Virus record (IMG/VR): IMGVR_UViG_3300042198_000079
Span: 32,001-96,000 of that record
Reading direction: 5' to 3' (one strand)
Source: a virus
Length of the DNA: 64,000 bases
Position 1 is the stretch's first letter. Each line of letters begins with the position of its first letter. The notes beneath the pieces are model-generated. The model saw only the letters and a program-made list of their open reading frames with translations, was not told the DNA's origin and searched no databases. This document shows, one piece after another, positions 1-9,249 of the stretch. The translations under genes and the position numbers were made by a program.

Positions 1-741
1 GGGATTTGATTGAGTCGGTCTTGAGTTTGCATCTGGATAAATTATTCCTTTGATACCGTTTTTTAATAAAAATAAAGAAGCAGCTTTGGGTTTGTTATGG
101 CAATACCCTTCTAACAATCCTCCGTTTTCTTTTGGTATGGAAAAAGATTCTTTTATACCTTTGTATATTTCAAATCCACTAGATTCTTCTAAAATATGTA
201 TGTTAGATGTAACATAATTCATTCCTCTTTCTATTTGATTTTTGTAACTAGACAATACTGTTTTAACAAATTTGGTTTGATCCTCAAAAAGATCAAACCA
301 TTTTAAAAATTCATCTTCATTTGCTTTGATTTCTACGATATATAATTTTCCTGCGGGAGGAGCGAACAACTCGTTTGGAAGAGATTCGACATATTTTATT
401 CCATCTGTTAATCCTGCTTTTTTTAAATAATCTATAATACGATCTTTGCTCCAGTGTAATAAAATAAAATCCCATATTATCATTTTAGGATAATCTTGAG
501 AAATATTAAAAAATTCATACCATTCTATACCAGCTACTTCTCTATATTTGTATTCTTCTTTATGTGCTTGTTGTATATAACTAGCGGCAACGGATTTATT
601 TTCGGCAAAATAAAATCCCCAACCAAATGCTTGTGCGCCTTCACCTGAACCTATTTTGTCATAAACGAATTTTTTTTCATCAAATGGAACTGCCGAACCA
701 TGATATGCTCTTTCGTTTAACCATTGTTTAAATGTTTCCAT
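1..741 (-). CDS. ADP-ribosyltransferase (ART-PolyVal-like) with capsid-targeting-like N-terminus; runs off the window start; not in the ORF track
   Basis: Manual translation from ATG at 741: METFKQWLNERAYHGSAVPFDEKKFVYDKIGSGEGAQAFGWGFYFAENKSVA...KLYIVEI...GIKGIIYPDA. The frame is open to position 1. YHGS/GxGEGAQAFGWGxYF is characteristic of ART domains of polyvalent proteins. Confidence 0.75.
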   Translation of the reverse strand, partial: METFKQWLNERAYHGSAVPFDEKKFVYDKIGSGEGAQAFGWGFYFAENKSVAASYIQQAHKEEYKYREVAGIEWYEFFNISQDYPKMIIWDFILLHWSKDRIIDYLKKAGLTDGIKYVESLPNELFAPPAGKLYIVEIKANEDEFLKWFDLFEDQTKFVKTVLSSYKNQIERGMNYVTSNIHILEESSGFEIYKGIKESFSIPKENGGLLEGYCHNKPKAASLFLLKNGIKGIIYPDANSRPTQSNP

Positions 742-1610
742 TTTTCTTCCTCCAGAGCTTTTTGAAAATCGTCTAAATGGTTGGGCCATACATATTTCAA
801 TATATTCTCAGTGTTCATATTTTTAAAAATATTTATCACTTGTTTTTTAGACAACTTAATTATTGGGTTGGCGAGTAGTCTGTCGATAAAAATATCAAAA
901 TCAAATTTTTCTCTTGGTTTCAGAACTCTAAAATTATTTTTATTTAAAGATTTCGGTTTAAGATGGGAATATTGTTTTAAAAATTGCTTTGGTGTCAATC
1001 TAGTATATTTGGTATCTCTGTTCACATATTTATTTGGAGTGTCGTTAACCCATATTGCTTTTATAGAATTGTTGTTTAGTTCTCCTGTAAAGAGTGCTTG
1101 ATATTCTGACGAAAAATATAGAGATTGTGCTAACTCTGGTCTATCGCTATTTTTAATAGAATCATATTTGCTTTTTGATGCAATATTTCTAATTCTTAAT
1201 CTTTCATGTTCTCTTTTTTGATCATCGCCAAAAAAGAATTGTGCTGGTTGACCTTGGATGGTATGATTGCCCTCCGGCCAAACAGGTGCCTCTAGATCAG
1301 AAACTCTGGAGCTAAATTCTATTATATAATTTCCAAATTCTTTTACCGTTCCCAAATCTATACTTACGAATAAACCTTTTGGGTTGTTATCAGCTTCATA
1401 TGAATATATTCTTCTTGCTGTTTCCTTTCCGGTTAATCCAAAATCTAGGAATTCAAATAAATCACTTACTCTATTAAAACCGTGATATACTGTTATAACA
1501 TCTGAATCTTTTAGCGGTTCTAATTTATCAGTAGAAATATATGAACCATTTCGTTGTCGTCCAACTTTTATTGTTTTTGATTCTATTAGATAATTTTTAA
1601 AAGATATCAT
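717..1610 (-). CDS. Putative ADP-ribosyltransferase-fold internal head protein
   Basis: N-terminus MISFKNYLIES; VYHG ... PKGLFVS ... IIEF ... SEYQALF resembles the ART catalytic strands. Confidence 0.45.
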   Translation of the reverse strand: MISFKNYLIESKTIKVGRQRNGSYISTDKLEPLKDSDVITVYHGFNRVSDLFEFLDFGLTGKETARRIYSYEADNNPKGLFVSIDLGTVKEFGNYIIEFSSRVSDLEAPVWPEGNHTIQGQPAQFFFGDDQKREHERLRIRNIASKSKYDSIKNSDRPELAQSLYFSSEYQALFTGELNNNSIKAIWVNDTPNKYVNRDTKYTRLTPKQFLKQYSHLKPKSLNKNNFRVLKPREKFDFDIFIDRLLANPIIKLSKKQVINIFKNMNTENILKYVWPNHLDDFQKALEEEKWKHLNNG

Positions 1611-1646
1611 TATAATTATTTAATATTATAAGAAGTTTAAATGTTT

Positions 1647-1925
1647 TCATTTTTTCTTACCGTATCCGCAATCTCTTGGACATTTCCCTCCACTGCACTT
1701 TCCATTACATTTCCATTTTCTTCTGGAAAGTTGATTAGGGCTGCATTTTCCTTTGTCTTTTATTCCGGCACTACGAGTACAATATCTAACGCCTTTACAA
1801 GTTCCGGGAGCGATTGTATAATCTTTGTGACCATGACTAACTGTTTTTCCTCCGCATTTTGTTTTCCACTTCTTTTTGGATTCGTTTAACATGGAATTTA
1901 AGTAATTGTTAAATTTTGTAAGCAT
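1647..1925 (-). CDS. Small basic Cys/Lys-rich protein, possibly Zn-binding or DNA-condensing, capsid-targeted
   Basis: MLTKFNNYLNSMLNES tag, then YTIAPGT..G..YCTRSAGI...SPNQLSRRKWKC, a motif I recognise from small phage proteins; 8 Cys. Confidence 0.55.
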   Translation of the reverse strand: MLTKFNNYLNSMLNESKKKWKTKCGGKTVSHGHKDYTIAPGTCKGVRYCTRSAGIKDKGKCSPNQLSRRKWKCNGKCSGGKCPRDCGYGKKK

Positions 1926-1977
1926 AATTATATTTATTTATCGAGATTAAAAAATAATTTTAATAATTTTGAACTTT

Positions 1978-2544
1978 TTATTTTGTCGTGACTTTATTAT
2001 AATCTGGATTACGTGCTTTTATTTCTTCTGTATTGTCTTCGTCTTCTATTACAAAACCTGCTCTAGTAATTGCGATTTTATTATTATTGATTCTTAAATT
2101 AATATTATCTTTTTTATCGAGTGACACAGAAGGTCTAGAAACAACAAACTGAGGATTGTGATTCATTCTGAAATGTTTCAATATTTCTATTCTTGTATTT
2201 CTTATAATTTCTAATTCATCTTTTCTGTCTTCCCTATCTTCGCATCCATTTAAATTTGCATCCATAGCCCAGAAAGTGTGATTTATTCTTGTGGATATTT
2301 CATATTTATCCAACTCCTTGTCGTCGGGATATAATTCAAATTCTATATGTACATGGTTCCTTCTGCGAGTTTTTCCCTTATATACAAATTTAGTATTTTC
2401 CTTTCTATTATTATCATTACCAAATATAACACATGAACCTGTTTTTTTAGTAACTTCTATATTAATTTTATTTGGTGTTTCAAATGTTGAAACATCAGAT
2501 TCATTTAACATGGAATAAAAATATTTGTTAAATTTTTCAAACAT
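1978..2544 (-). CDS. Hypothetical capsid-targeted protein, paralog of 2613-3182
   Basis: MFEKFNKYFYSMLNES tag; CEDxEDRKxEL.IIRNTRIEILKHFR..NPQFV shared with the neighbour. Confidence 0.7.
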   Translation of the reverse strand: MFEKFNKYFYSMLNESDVSTFETPNKINIEVTKKTGSCVIFGNDNNRKENTKFVYKGKTRRRNHVHIEFELYPDDKELDKYEISTRINHTFWAMDANLNGCEDREDRKDELEIIRNTRIEILKHFRMNHNPQFVVSRPSVSLDKKDNINLRINNNKIAITRAGFVIEDEDNTEEIKARNPDYNKVTTK

Positions 2545-2612
2545 ATAGTTATTTAGATAAACCTATAAATAAAAATATAACACTGAGCTAACATAAAAAA
2601 TCATCTTCTTTG

Positions 2613-3182
2613 CTATACTTGTGTTTTATAATTTGGATTGCGAGCTTTTATTAAATGCGCGTTTTCTAAGTCATCTAAGATACTTTCCGGTTTATCTTCT
2701 ATTACAAAACCTGCTCCAGCAATTGCGGTTTTATTATTATTGACTCTTTTTAGAAAATCTCGTCTTTCTTCTTCACTCATTTGGAAAGCGGGTTTTGAAA
2801 TAACAAACTGAGGATTATATTTCGTTCTGAAATGTTTTAATATTTCTATTCTTGTATTTCTTATAATTTTTAATTCTTCTTTTCTATCTTCCTTATCTTC
2901 ACAATTTTCTAATGCATTAGAACCAACAGATCTATAAGCACCATTTATCATTGTAAATATTTCATATGTATCTGGTTCTTTATGTGTATCTAGTAAAAAT
3001 TTTACTATTATGTAATTACCTCTTTTAGTTTCTCCATCATAGAGGTAATACGTGCCATATAAATTTGTTTTTAATTCTATTTTTATTTCAATTTCATCTA
3101 ATATTGTATCATTTTCATCTAATATTGTAAATGTAGATTTATTAAAAAAAGACTTGAGATAATCGTTGAATTTTTTTAACAT
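2613..3182 (-). CDS. Hypothetical capsid-targeted protein, paralog of 1978-2544
   Basis: MLKKFNDYLKSF tag; near-identical C-terminal half at protein and DNA level. Confidence 0.7.
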   Translation of the reverse strand: MLKKFNDYLKSFFNKSTFTILDENDTILDEIEIKIELKTNLYGTYYLYDGETKRGNYIIVKFLLDTHKEPDTYEIFTMINGAYRSVGSNALENCEDKEDRKEELKIIRNTRIEILKHFRTKYNPQFVISKPAFQMSEEERRDFLKRVNNNKTAIAGAGFVIEDKPESILDDLENAHLIKARNPNYKTQV

Positions 3183-3229
3183 ATCATTATTTAAATTTTA
3201 ATCTTTAGACGAAGATTTGCTTCAACTTA

Positions 3230-3928
3230 TTAATGAGGATGTTCAGGAAATACCCTCAACACTATTGGATTGGACTTCGGATTTACTAATTTATCTTTAA
3301 GTTCTTCATCTTTACTTAACATATCGAAAAATTTTTTCCCTACAGGAGTTCTACTAGAAGTTTCTATTTTTTTTACTTTTGGATATTTTTGTATTACGCT
3401 TTTAATCATATTTTTTCCTATATCGTTTTTCTGCCATTTATCACGAACACTAATCATATCAATATAAAACAAATCTTCCGTGATATTTCCTTCTATCAAT
3501 CCTAAAATGTTTTTTTGTCCCTTTCTATCGTTATTCCAAACATCGGTTATTGGATTTCTTGATCCTTTAGGGACAATTTTATACGGAATTTTTCCTTCTT
3601 TTAATTCTTTTGCGGATTCCTCTGTTTTCATAAAATAGATAAGGGAATATCCTTTTGCAAAAAAACCGCTGTCCTCATCAATTCTAAAAAGAACTATATT
3701 TTTTTGTAACATCTCTGGTGTGCAATCTTTGAGGGCTATTTTTTTCCCCGATTCGTCATCGAAATATGCTTTTTTATTTTTACGATTAATATAAAAATCT
3801 GGCATTTCTAATAAAAATTGATTAATGTAATTGTTAAATTTTTCCATCATAAAAATCTCATTATTTTTATTAGAATTTTTTATTTTGTAATTATCGCCAA
3901 AAGGAGCGGTTCCTCTAAATGTTTTCAT
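3230..3928 (-). CDS. GNAT acetyltransferase (start probably 3928, or 3850)
   Basis: FYIDMISVRDKWQKNDIGKNMI (GNAT motif A-like) ... SSRTPVGKKFF; internal MMEKFNNYINQFLLE tag. Confidence 0.7.
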   Translation of the reverse strand: MKTFRGTAPFGDNYKIKNSNKNNEIFMMEKFNNYINQFLLEMPDFYINRKNKKAYFDDESGKKIALKDCTPEMLQKNIVLFRIDEDSGFFAKGYSLIYFMKTEESAKELKEGKIPYKIVPKGSRNPITDVWNNDRKGQKNILGLIEGNITEDLFYIDMISVRDKWQKNDIGKNMIKSVIQKYPKVKKIETSSRTPVGKKFFDMLSKDEELKDKLVNPKSNPIVLRVFPEHPH

Positions 3929-3984
3929 ATTATTATTTAGTATTAAAAACACAAAACACTAAATACTAAATACTAAATAATACT

Positions 3985-4632
3985 ATGTACGATTACTTAC
4001 GAGAAAGTTATTTGGAACAATTTAATCACGAAACTACTGTTAAAAGAGATTTAGATCTTCTTGTTAAAGAAGCACATCAATATTTTAACGGAAGTAAATA
4101 TTATACAAAACAATATAATTTCCTTTTAAAGAAAATGTTAGAAGGAACCAAATTTAATATGTTTAATGCTAGAGATTTGGGATATCAGACTATGGATATG
4201 ATAACTGAAGGAACCGCTTCTCGTATTAACGAAATCAACAAAAAGATATGGAATTATATCCACGAAAATATTGATAGTCCTTCTCGTAGACATGCATATT
4301 CGGAATGGTATAGAAATTTTAATGAAAGTTACACGATCTTATAAGCTACGCAGAAAGAATTTGGCCGGGGTTTTGACAAATTCAAAGCCAAACTAGAAGA
4401 AATTATAAACTAATTAGGAGATAAAGAACAAGCAATAACCAAACTTGAGGAACTTAATATGTTGAGTTATGACCTAGAAGATTTAGAATTTTTCGCTAAA
4501 ACGCTTGGAGGTCATCGTGCAAGCGAACGGATATCAAACGCATATCAAATCCCACGAAATGAAGAAACGATAAAACAATATGCGGTGAACGAAATTTCAA
4601 ATTACGTTTTTAAAAAAGTGGTTAGGGGATAA
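3985..4632 (+). pseudogene. Interrupted gene with in-frame TAA at 4342 and 4411
   Basis: The same frame continues with protein-like sequence (ATQKEFGRGFDKFKAKLEEIIN*LGDKEQAITKLEELN...KKVVRG) to TAA at 4630-4632. Confidence 0.6.
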
Positions 4633-5126
4633 GCCAATTTCTTTGTTAAATAACTCGATATTTGTTATTGTTGATTTCAGCATTAAGCACTTTCCGCCCA
4701 TCCATACTTCTTTATTCTCAGTAATACGAGGAAAAGTTTTCGTATCATATAATTTAAATTTATTTCTTTGTGGGTCTAGGTAATTATTTAATATATCTAA
4801 CAGAGAGATTCCCGATAAAATTTCCTCTATGATTTTTAGGGCATCTTTGTCAAATATATAGGTATCTTTGTCAAATATATAGTGACTATTTCTTACGATT
4901 TCTTCTAACCGTTTTTTCATTATTTCATTTTCCTTAATCTTTAACAATATTTCATTAGTTTTTTCGATATTTTTTAAAAAATTTATTCTAAATTCGCTAT
5001 TATCTTTTTCATAAAATGAAGAACTACGAGCATTGTATGGAGACATATTAATTTATTCTTATCTTCTATCGATTCTCTTAATATGAGACCATCAACAAAA
5101 TTATCAAACATCGGAAGACTATTCAT
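4597..5126 (-). pseudogene. Frameshifted or internally deleted capsid-targeted protein
   Basis: TATAAGTA box, then ATG at 5126 gives MNSLPMFDNFVDGLILRES, out of frame with the 149-aa body (4597-5046; YLDP.RNKFKL...NKEVW.GGKCL). 21-nt tandem duplication at 4843-4882. Confidence 0.5.
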
Positions 5127-5255
5127 AATTTATACTTATACGAAACAATCGAATATATAAAAAAACAGATTTGCCTCCTTCAAAACTCTTAGACGAAAAA
5201 CGCCCAAACGATGCGTTTTTAAAGATTGTGGATATGCTGTATGGAAAATTATAAT

Positions 5256-5993
5256 CTAGACTAATTGATTTATAAATCTCAATACAGATTCAAACAAATA
5301 TTGGGTTTTTTCATTAGAATCTTTTGGAAGTTTTTCCAAGGCTTTTTCTAAATCATTATATGCATTTATAACTTCTCTAGTCTCGTCGAATTCTAGGATT
5401 CTGCCTTTTGATTCTAAGATTCCTTTAACAAAGGCAGAATGACATGACGGACTCGCCACCACATCCATAGCGACTAACTGAAAATCACTTACAATAGCTC
5501 CTCTAGAAGATTCGTCTATTTTTCCTAATGCTCTGGTGCTAACACCGAATCCCCCTCCCCCGTTTATAATACCTTTTAATATTTTGCCTTTTGGCGTTTC
5601 GGTTAAAACTCTTGATTCTCCTATATAAAGAGTAGATCCACTTTTTGAATTTTCTTCTTCTCTTAAATTTAAAATATATGCACATGCAGTTTTTAATGAA
5701 ACTTCTGTAGTTGGTGGGTGTTCTAGTGCTTGATAAGAAGTTTTTGTATTTATGGAATTTTCAGTGTACAATTTAACTTGTTCGCGAGCTTCGTTAGTTT
5801 TATAAATTCTACCGTTTCTATTTGCTTTGGCATTTCCTAATTCTATAGATCTTTCGTCATATGATTCTGCGTATGGTCCTTTTATTTTTAAAATTCTCGG
5901 CTCAGACGAATTTGATTGTTCAGTGATGATTTCAAAATCATCTCTAGAAAATCTAGGTTTCAAATCAATAACTAAATTAAACTTTTTATCCAT
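5256..5993 (-). CDS. gp21: Prohead core protein protease (T4 gp21-like)
   Basis: NRNGRIY, LEHP, TPKGKILKG, GVSTRALG and DFQLVAMDVVASPS motifs. Confidence 0.93.
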   Translation of the reverse strand: MDKKFNLVIDLKPRFSRDDFEIITEQSNSSEPRILKIKGPYAESYDERSIELGNAKANRNGRIYKTNEAREQVKLYTENSINTKTSYQALEHPPTTEVSLKTACAYILNLREEENSKSGSTLYIGESRVLTETPKGKILKGIINGGGGFGVSTRALGKIDESSRGAIVSDFQLVAMDVVASPSCHSAFVKGILESKGRILEFDETREVINAYNDLEKALEKLPKDSNEKTQYLFESVLRFINQLV

Positions 5994-6043
5994 TATAGAT
6001 ATTATTTATATTAGTTTATATTAATAATCTAATAAATACACAT

Positions 6044-6523
6044 ATGTTGAACAAATTTAATAATTATTGTGAAACTTTTCTTGGAATTATTTGGAGAACA
6101 AACCGCGATGAAGACGAAAACGACTATCCAGAAGGTAGAGACGATAGAGAAGTCTTACCTAGTCAATGGTGGGGATTTTGGCTTTTGCCAGATGGAAAAC
6201 TAAGACCAGTAGGAATGATGCAACACCAAGAAGCGGGACGCGACATTTATAAAAAGATAAATCCAGAGGGACTCCATAAAGATGCTTTAAATGAAAAAGC
6301 AGAAAAATTAACAATTGTAGATTTTTTAAAAATGGGTTGGGCACTTTTAAGAATAGTAATAGATGGAAGTAATAATTATAAAACGATATTTTGTGATTAT
6401 GATAGTAGTAAAGGATTAGACAGTTTGCAAAATAAAGCATTAACGGGTTTACGGAAAGAATATAAAATATCAAAAATTATAGAAAAAGGAATAGTTCCAG
6501 AAAATGTATACGGGATAAAGTAA
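6044..6523 (+). CDS. Hypothetical protein with capsid-targeting-like N-terminus
   Basis: MLNKFNNYCETFLG; WGFWLLPDGK...H motif; TAAATA box upstream. Confidence 0.65.
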   Translation: MLNKFNNYCETFLGIIWRTNRDEDENDYPEGRDDREVLPSQWWGFWLLPDGKLRPVGMMQHQEAGRDIYKKINPEGLHKDALNEKAEKLTIVDFLKMGWALLRIVIDGSNNYKTIFCDYDSSKGLDSLQNKALTGLRKEYKISKIIEKGIVPENVYGIK

Positions 6524-6556
6524 TAATATTTTTAATTATCGCAATAAATATTATTG

Positions 6557-8395
6557 ATGTCTTCCTGTTCAGAATGTTCAACAAGTGCCGTAATTCCTCA
6601 AAGATCAGAGGAATATATTCAAGTTCTTCCCAACAATTGGGGGGGATCTGCTTATCTAGATTCTAGATTTAATAGTTATTCTGAAGTAGCACTATATATA
6701 AAGTATATGCTAGGATATCCACAAAGCACTGTGGAAATGAGCAATTCTCAGATTGCAATGTGTATTGACGAAGCACTTGATATTTTTACTAAACACTCTT
6801 CGCATTATACTACCGAATATATTGCTCTTTGGCCGAACTGGTATAAAAAAAATTGCGGTTTTGATTTAACACAAATACCAGAATTTTGTGGAAACTCTCA
6901 ACAATGTATTACATATACTACACAATCGTCAATAGTTACCAGCATTGAAATAGAGAAAAATAATTTAGGAACTGGATTTGCATATATTTCTGCAAAAGGA
7001 TTTAATCCTTTTGATTTTTGTTATGGAGACGAAACAGATACTAAAAATCCAAACAATCCAAACAATCCAAACTACGATCCAAGAAATCCTGTTGATATTT
7101 CCAAAAACCCAAAAGGAAATGATATAATTCTTTCATTTGACAAAAACAATCCTTGGAATTTCGATATTTGTGATGCAAATAGCATCAACATAATTCCCCT
7201 TTCGTCTGAAAATGTTCCTGCAACTACAATAGCACAAACTTCTGCTTATTTAGTTTTAAAAAATGGCAAAGGATATTTGTATAAAGATAAATCTTTTTTT
7301 GATCCTTGTCCGAATAATTGTATTCCTTTGTCTTCTTGGTGGAACTTTAATCTAAATACGGCAACACATATCGAATTTCCAGATTTGCCTAATTTTTGTT
7401 TAAATCAAACCTTATATCCTTTACAACATCATGAATATAGTTCAAAAGTTCCAATGTTTACTGTTTGTAATTCAGCAATGGATTCTGGAGGAGAACTTTT
7501 AACAAATGTTAGATTTGTTAGTAGTTGCCATGTTATACCGTCATTAACTGGAACACATTATTCCAATGAATTTTTAAATATAATTTCTTCAGAAAATGTA
7601 ATTTCAGGATCTGATATTTTTAATGATATAAAAAATAATATTACAAATGATTGGAAAAATACCGGATTGGGTATTGATTTTGAATTAAATTATTGTATAC
7701 CAGAAACACCGTGCAAAAGAAAATACGAAGTGTCTTTTGATAAAGTTACTGTGACAAAAAATTACGGGACGGTAAGCACTGAAGTATCGGGAACCATATT
7801 TGATCACGATCTTCAAAATAGAAGAAAGGTGAGAAGTATATCAAAAGTAGAGCCAAACTCATATGGAGGATTTGGTGGTTTGAATGCATATATTGGTGGT
7901 ATTTTTGGCGTGGAATATGTTATAATGAACCAAGTGTTTGGTTTTAATGCAATGGGCGGAAGAACCGGAGGAGGTAGTGTTGCATATAATTTATTCGACC
8001 ACAGTTTGATGATGAGTTTATTGGAAACAATGAAATATCAATTAACATATGTTCAATACGAATTTAATCCGAAAACACAATTTTTAAGAGTTTTTCCAGA
8101 ACCGTTTTCTTCGTTTAATAGTAATAAAGGGTATGTTGCAAGAATGCATGTAACTCAACCAATAAAAAATTTAATAAATGAACCTTGGGTTCGTGCATAT
8201 TCTCTTGCACTGTCTAAAATTATTTTAGGAAGAATACGTTCAAAATATTCAGGAGTGAATCTTCCTAATGGAATCACGATCCAAGGAACGGAATTAATAA
8301 CTGAAGGAAACGCAGAAAGAGATGCATTATTTACACAATTAGTAAGTCAGACTGGAGCAGATAAACGTCCTCCATTAGCATTTATGAGTTTATGA
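6557..8395 (+). CDS. gp13: Neck protein gp13-like with a large Cys-rich insertion
   Basis: N-terminal YIKYMLGYP..TVE...Q...CIDEAL; C-terminal WVRAYSLALSKIILGRIRSKYSGVNLPNG...G.ELITEG. Confidence 0.88.
   Translation: MSSCSECSTSAVIPQRSEEYIQVLPNNWGGSAYLDSRFNSYSEVALYIKYMLGYPQSTVEMSNSQIAMCIDEALDIFTKHSSHYTTEYIALWPNWYKKNCGFDLTQIPEFCGNSQQCITYTTQSSIVTSIEIEKNNLGTGFAYISAKGFNPFDFCYGDETDTKNPNNPNNPNYDPRNPVDISKNPKGNDIILSFDKNNPWNFDICDANSINIIPLSSENVPATTIAQTSAYLVLKNGKGYLYKDKSFFDPCPNNCIPLSSWWNFNLNTATHIEFPDLPNFCLNQTLYPLQHHEYSSKVPMFTVCNSAMDSGGELLTNVRFVSSCHVIPSLTGTHYSNEFLNIISSENVISGSDIFNDIKNNITNDWKNTGLGIDFELNYCIPETPCKRKYEVSFDKVTVTKNYGTVSTEVSGTIFDHDLQNRRKVRSISKVEPNSYGGFGGLNAYIGGIFGVEYVIMNQVFGFNAMGGRTGGGSVAYNLFDHSLMMSLLETMKYQLTYVQYEFNPKTQFLRVFPEPFSSFNSNKGYVARMHVTQPIKNLINEPWVRAYSLALSKIILGRIRSKYSGVNLPNGITIQGTELITEGNAERDALFTQLVSQTGADKRPPLAFMSL
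7046..7072 (+). repeat. 9-nt tandem repeat (AATCCAAAC x3; NPN repeats) inside gp13
   Basis: Seen directly in sequence. Confidence 0.9.
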
Positions 8396-8438
8396 ATAAA
8401 ATATATTTTTGTTTTGTACAAAAATAATAAATATATTT

Positions 8439-9227
8439 GTGAGATCGCCAAAAGATATAATTCCGTTTAATCCTCTTGCAGAAATATTTAAGATAGAACA
8501 AATTAATAATCCGCCTATGGATATTAATGATTCTGCTAGTATTGGAAACGACAATGTTTCAAAAATTTACAATCCAAAATGTAAAGATATACCGGGGCAG
8601 GTAGTCCAAACTTTGGATTTGATAAATGAAGATGTAGAAAATCAATATGGAAATAGAATTTGGTATTGGGGAAGAAAAAATATAACTGAAGTAGACAATT
8701 ATTATGGTGAACCTCAAAATGTAGAATTTGAAGGACCAAAAGAAATGATAATTATGATTAATCCTACAGGAGCAAATCCTGCATTTTTACAATTTGGTAG
8801 ATTTACTGATATTGATATGACATTAACAATATCGTTTCACCAATGGAACCGGGTTTGGGGAAAAGATAGACCACCATTGGAAGGAGATAGGTTTTTAGTT
8901 GCAGATGAAAATTGCACTCGACCAGAATTACAATCTCCTAGAGTATATGTTATTTTAACTAAAATAGATGTTTTAGAAAACGGTTTTCAGGGTCCGTATA
9001 ATTCTGTGTATAGATGGACTTTGACTGCCAAGAGATCTACTAATTCGTATGAAACAAATGCTCCTGAAGAAAATTCAGATTTGGGTAATATTTTAAATGT
9101 CGATTCATATAAAAATGAAAAATTCGCATCAGATCAAAAAGATAGTTTAAAAAACCAAATAGATATTGATAATATCTTAAAGAAAAACAATCCAGCTTCT
9201 AAAAGAAAACCATTTAAACGAAAATAA
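8439..9227 (+). CDS. gp14: Neck/head-closure protein gp14-like (probable GTG start at 8439)
   Basis: DNYYGE...F.GP...FG......MTLTIS...W......PLEGD; directly follows gp13. Confidence 0.75.
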   Translation: MRSPKDIIPFNPLAEIFKIEQINNPPMDINDSASIGNDNVSKIYNPKCKDIPGQVVQTLDLINEDVENQYGNRIWYWGRKNITEVDNYYGEPQNVEFEGPKEMIIMINPTGANPAFLQFGRFTDIDMTLTISFHQWNRVWGKDRPPLEGDRFLVADENCTRPELQSPRVYVILTKIDVLENGFQGPYNSVYRWTLTAKRSTNSYETNAPEENSDLGNILNVDSYKNEKFASDQKDSLKNQIDIDNILKKNNPASKRKPFKRK

Positions 9228-9249
9228 TAAATATATTAAATAATGATAT

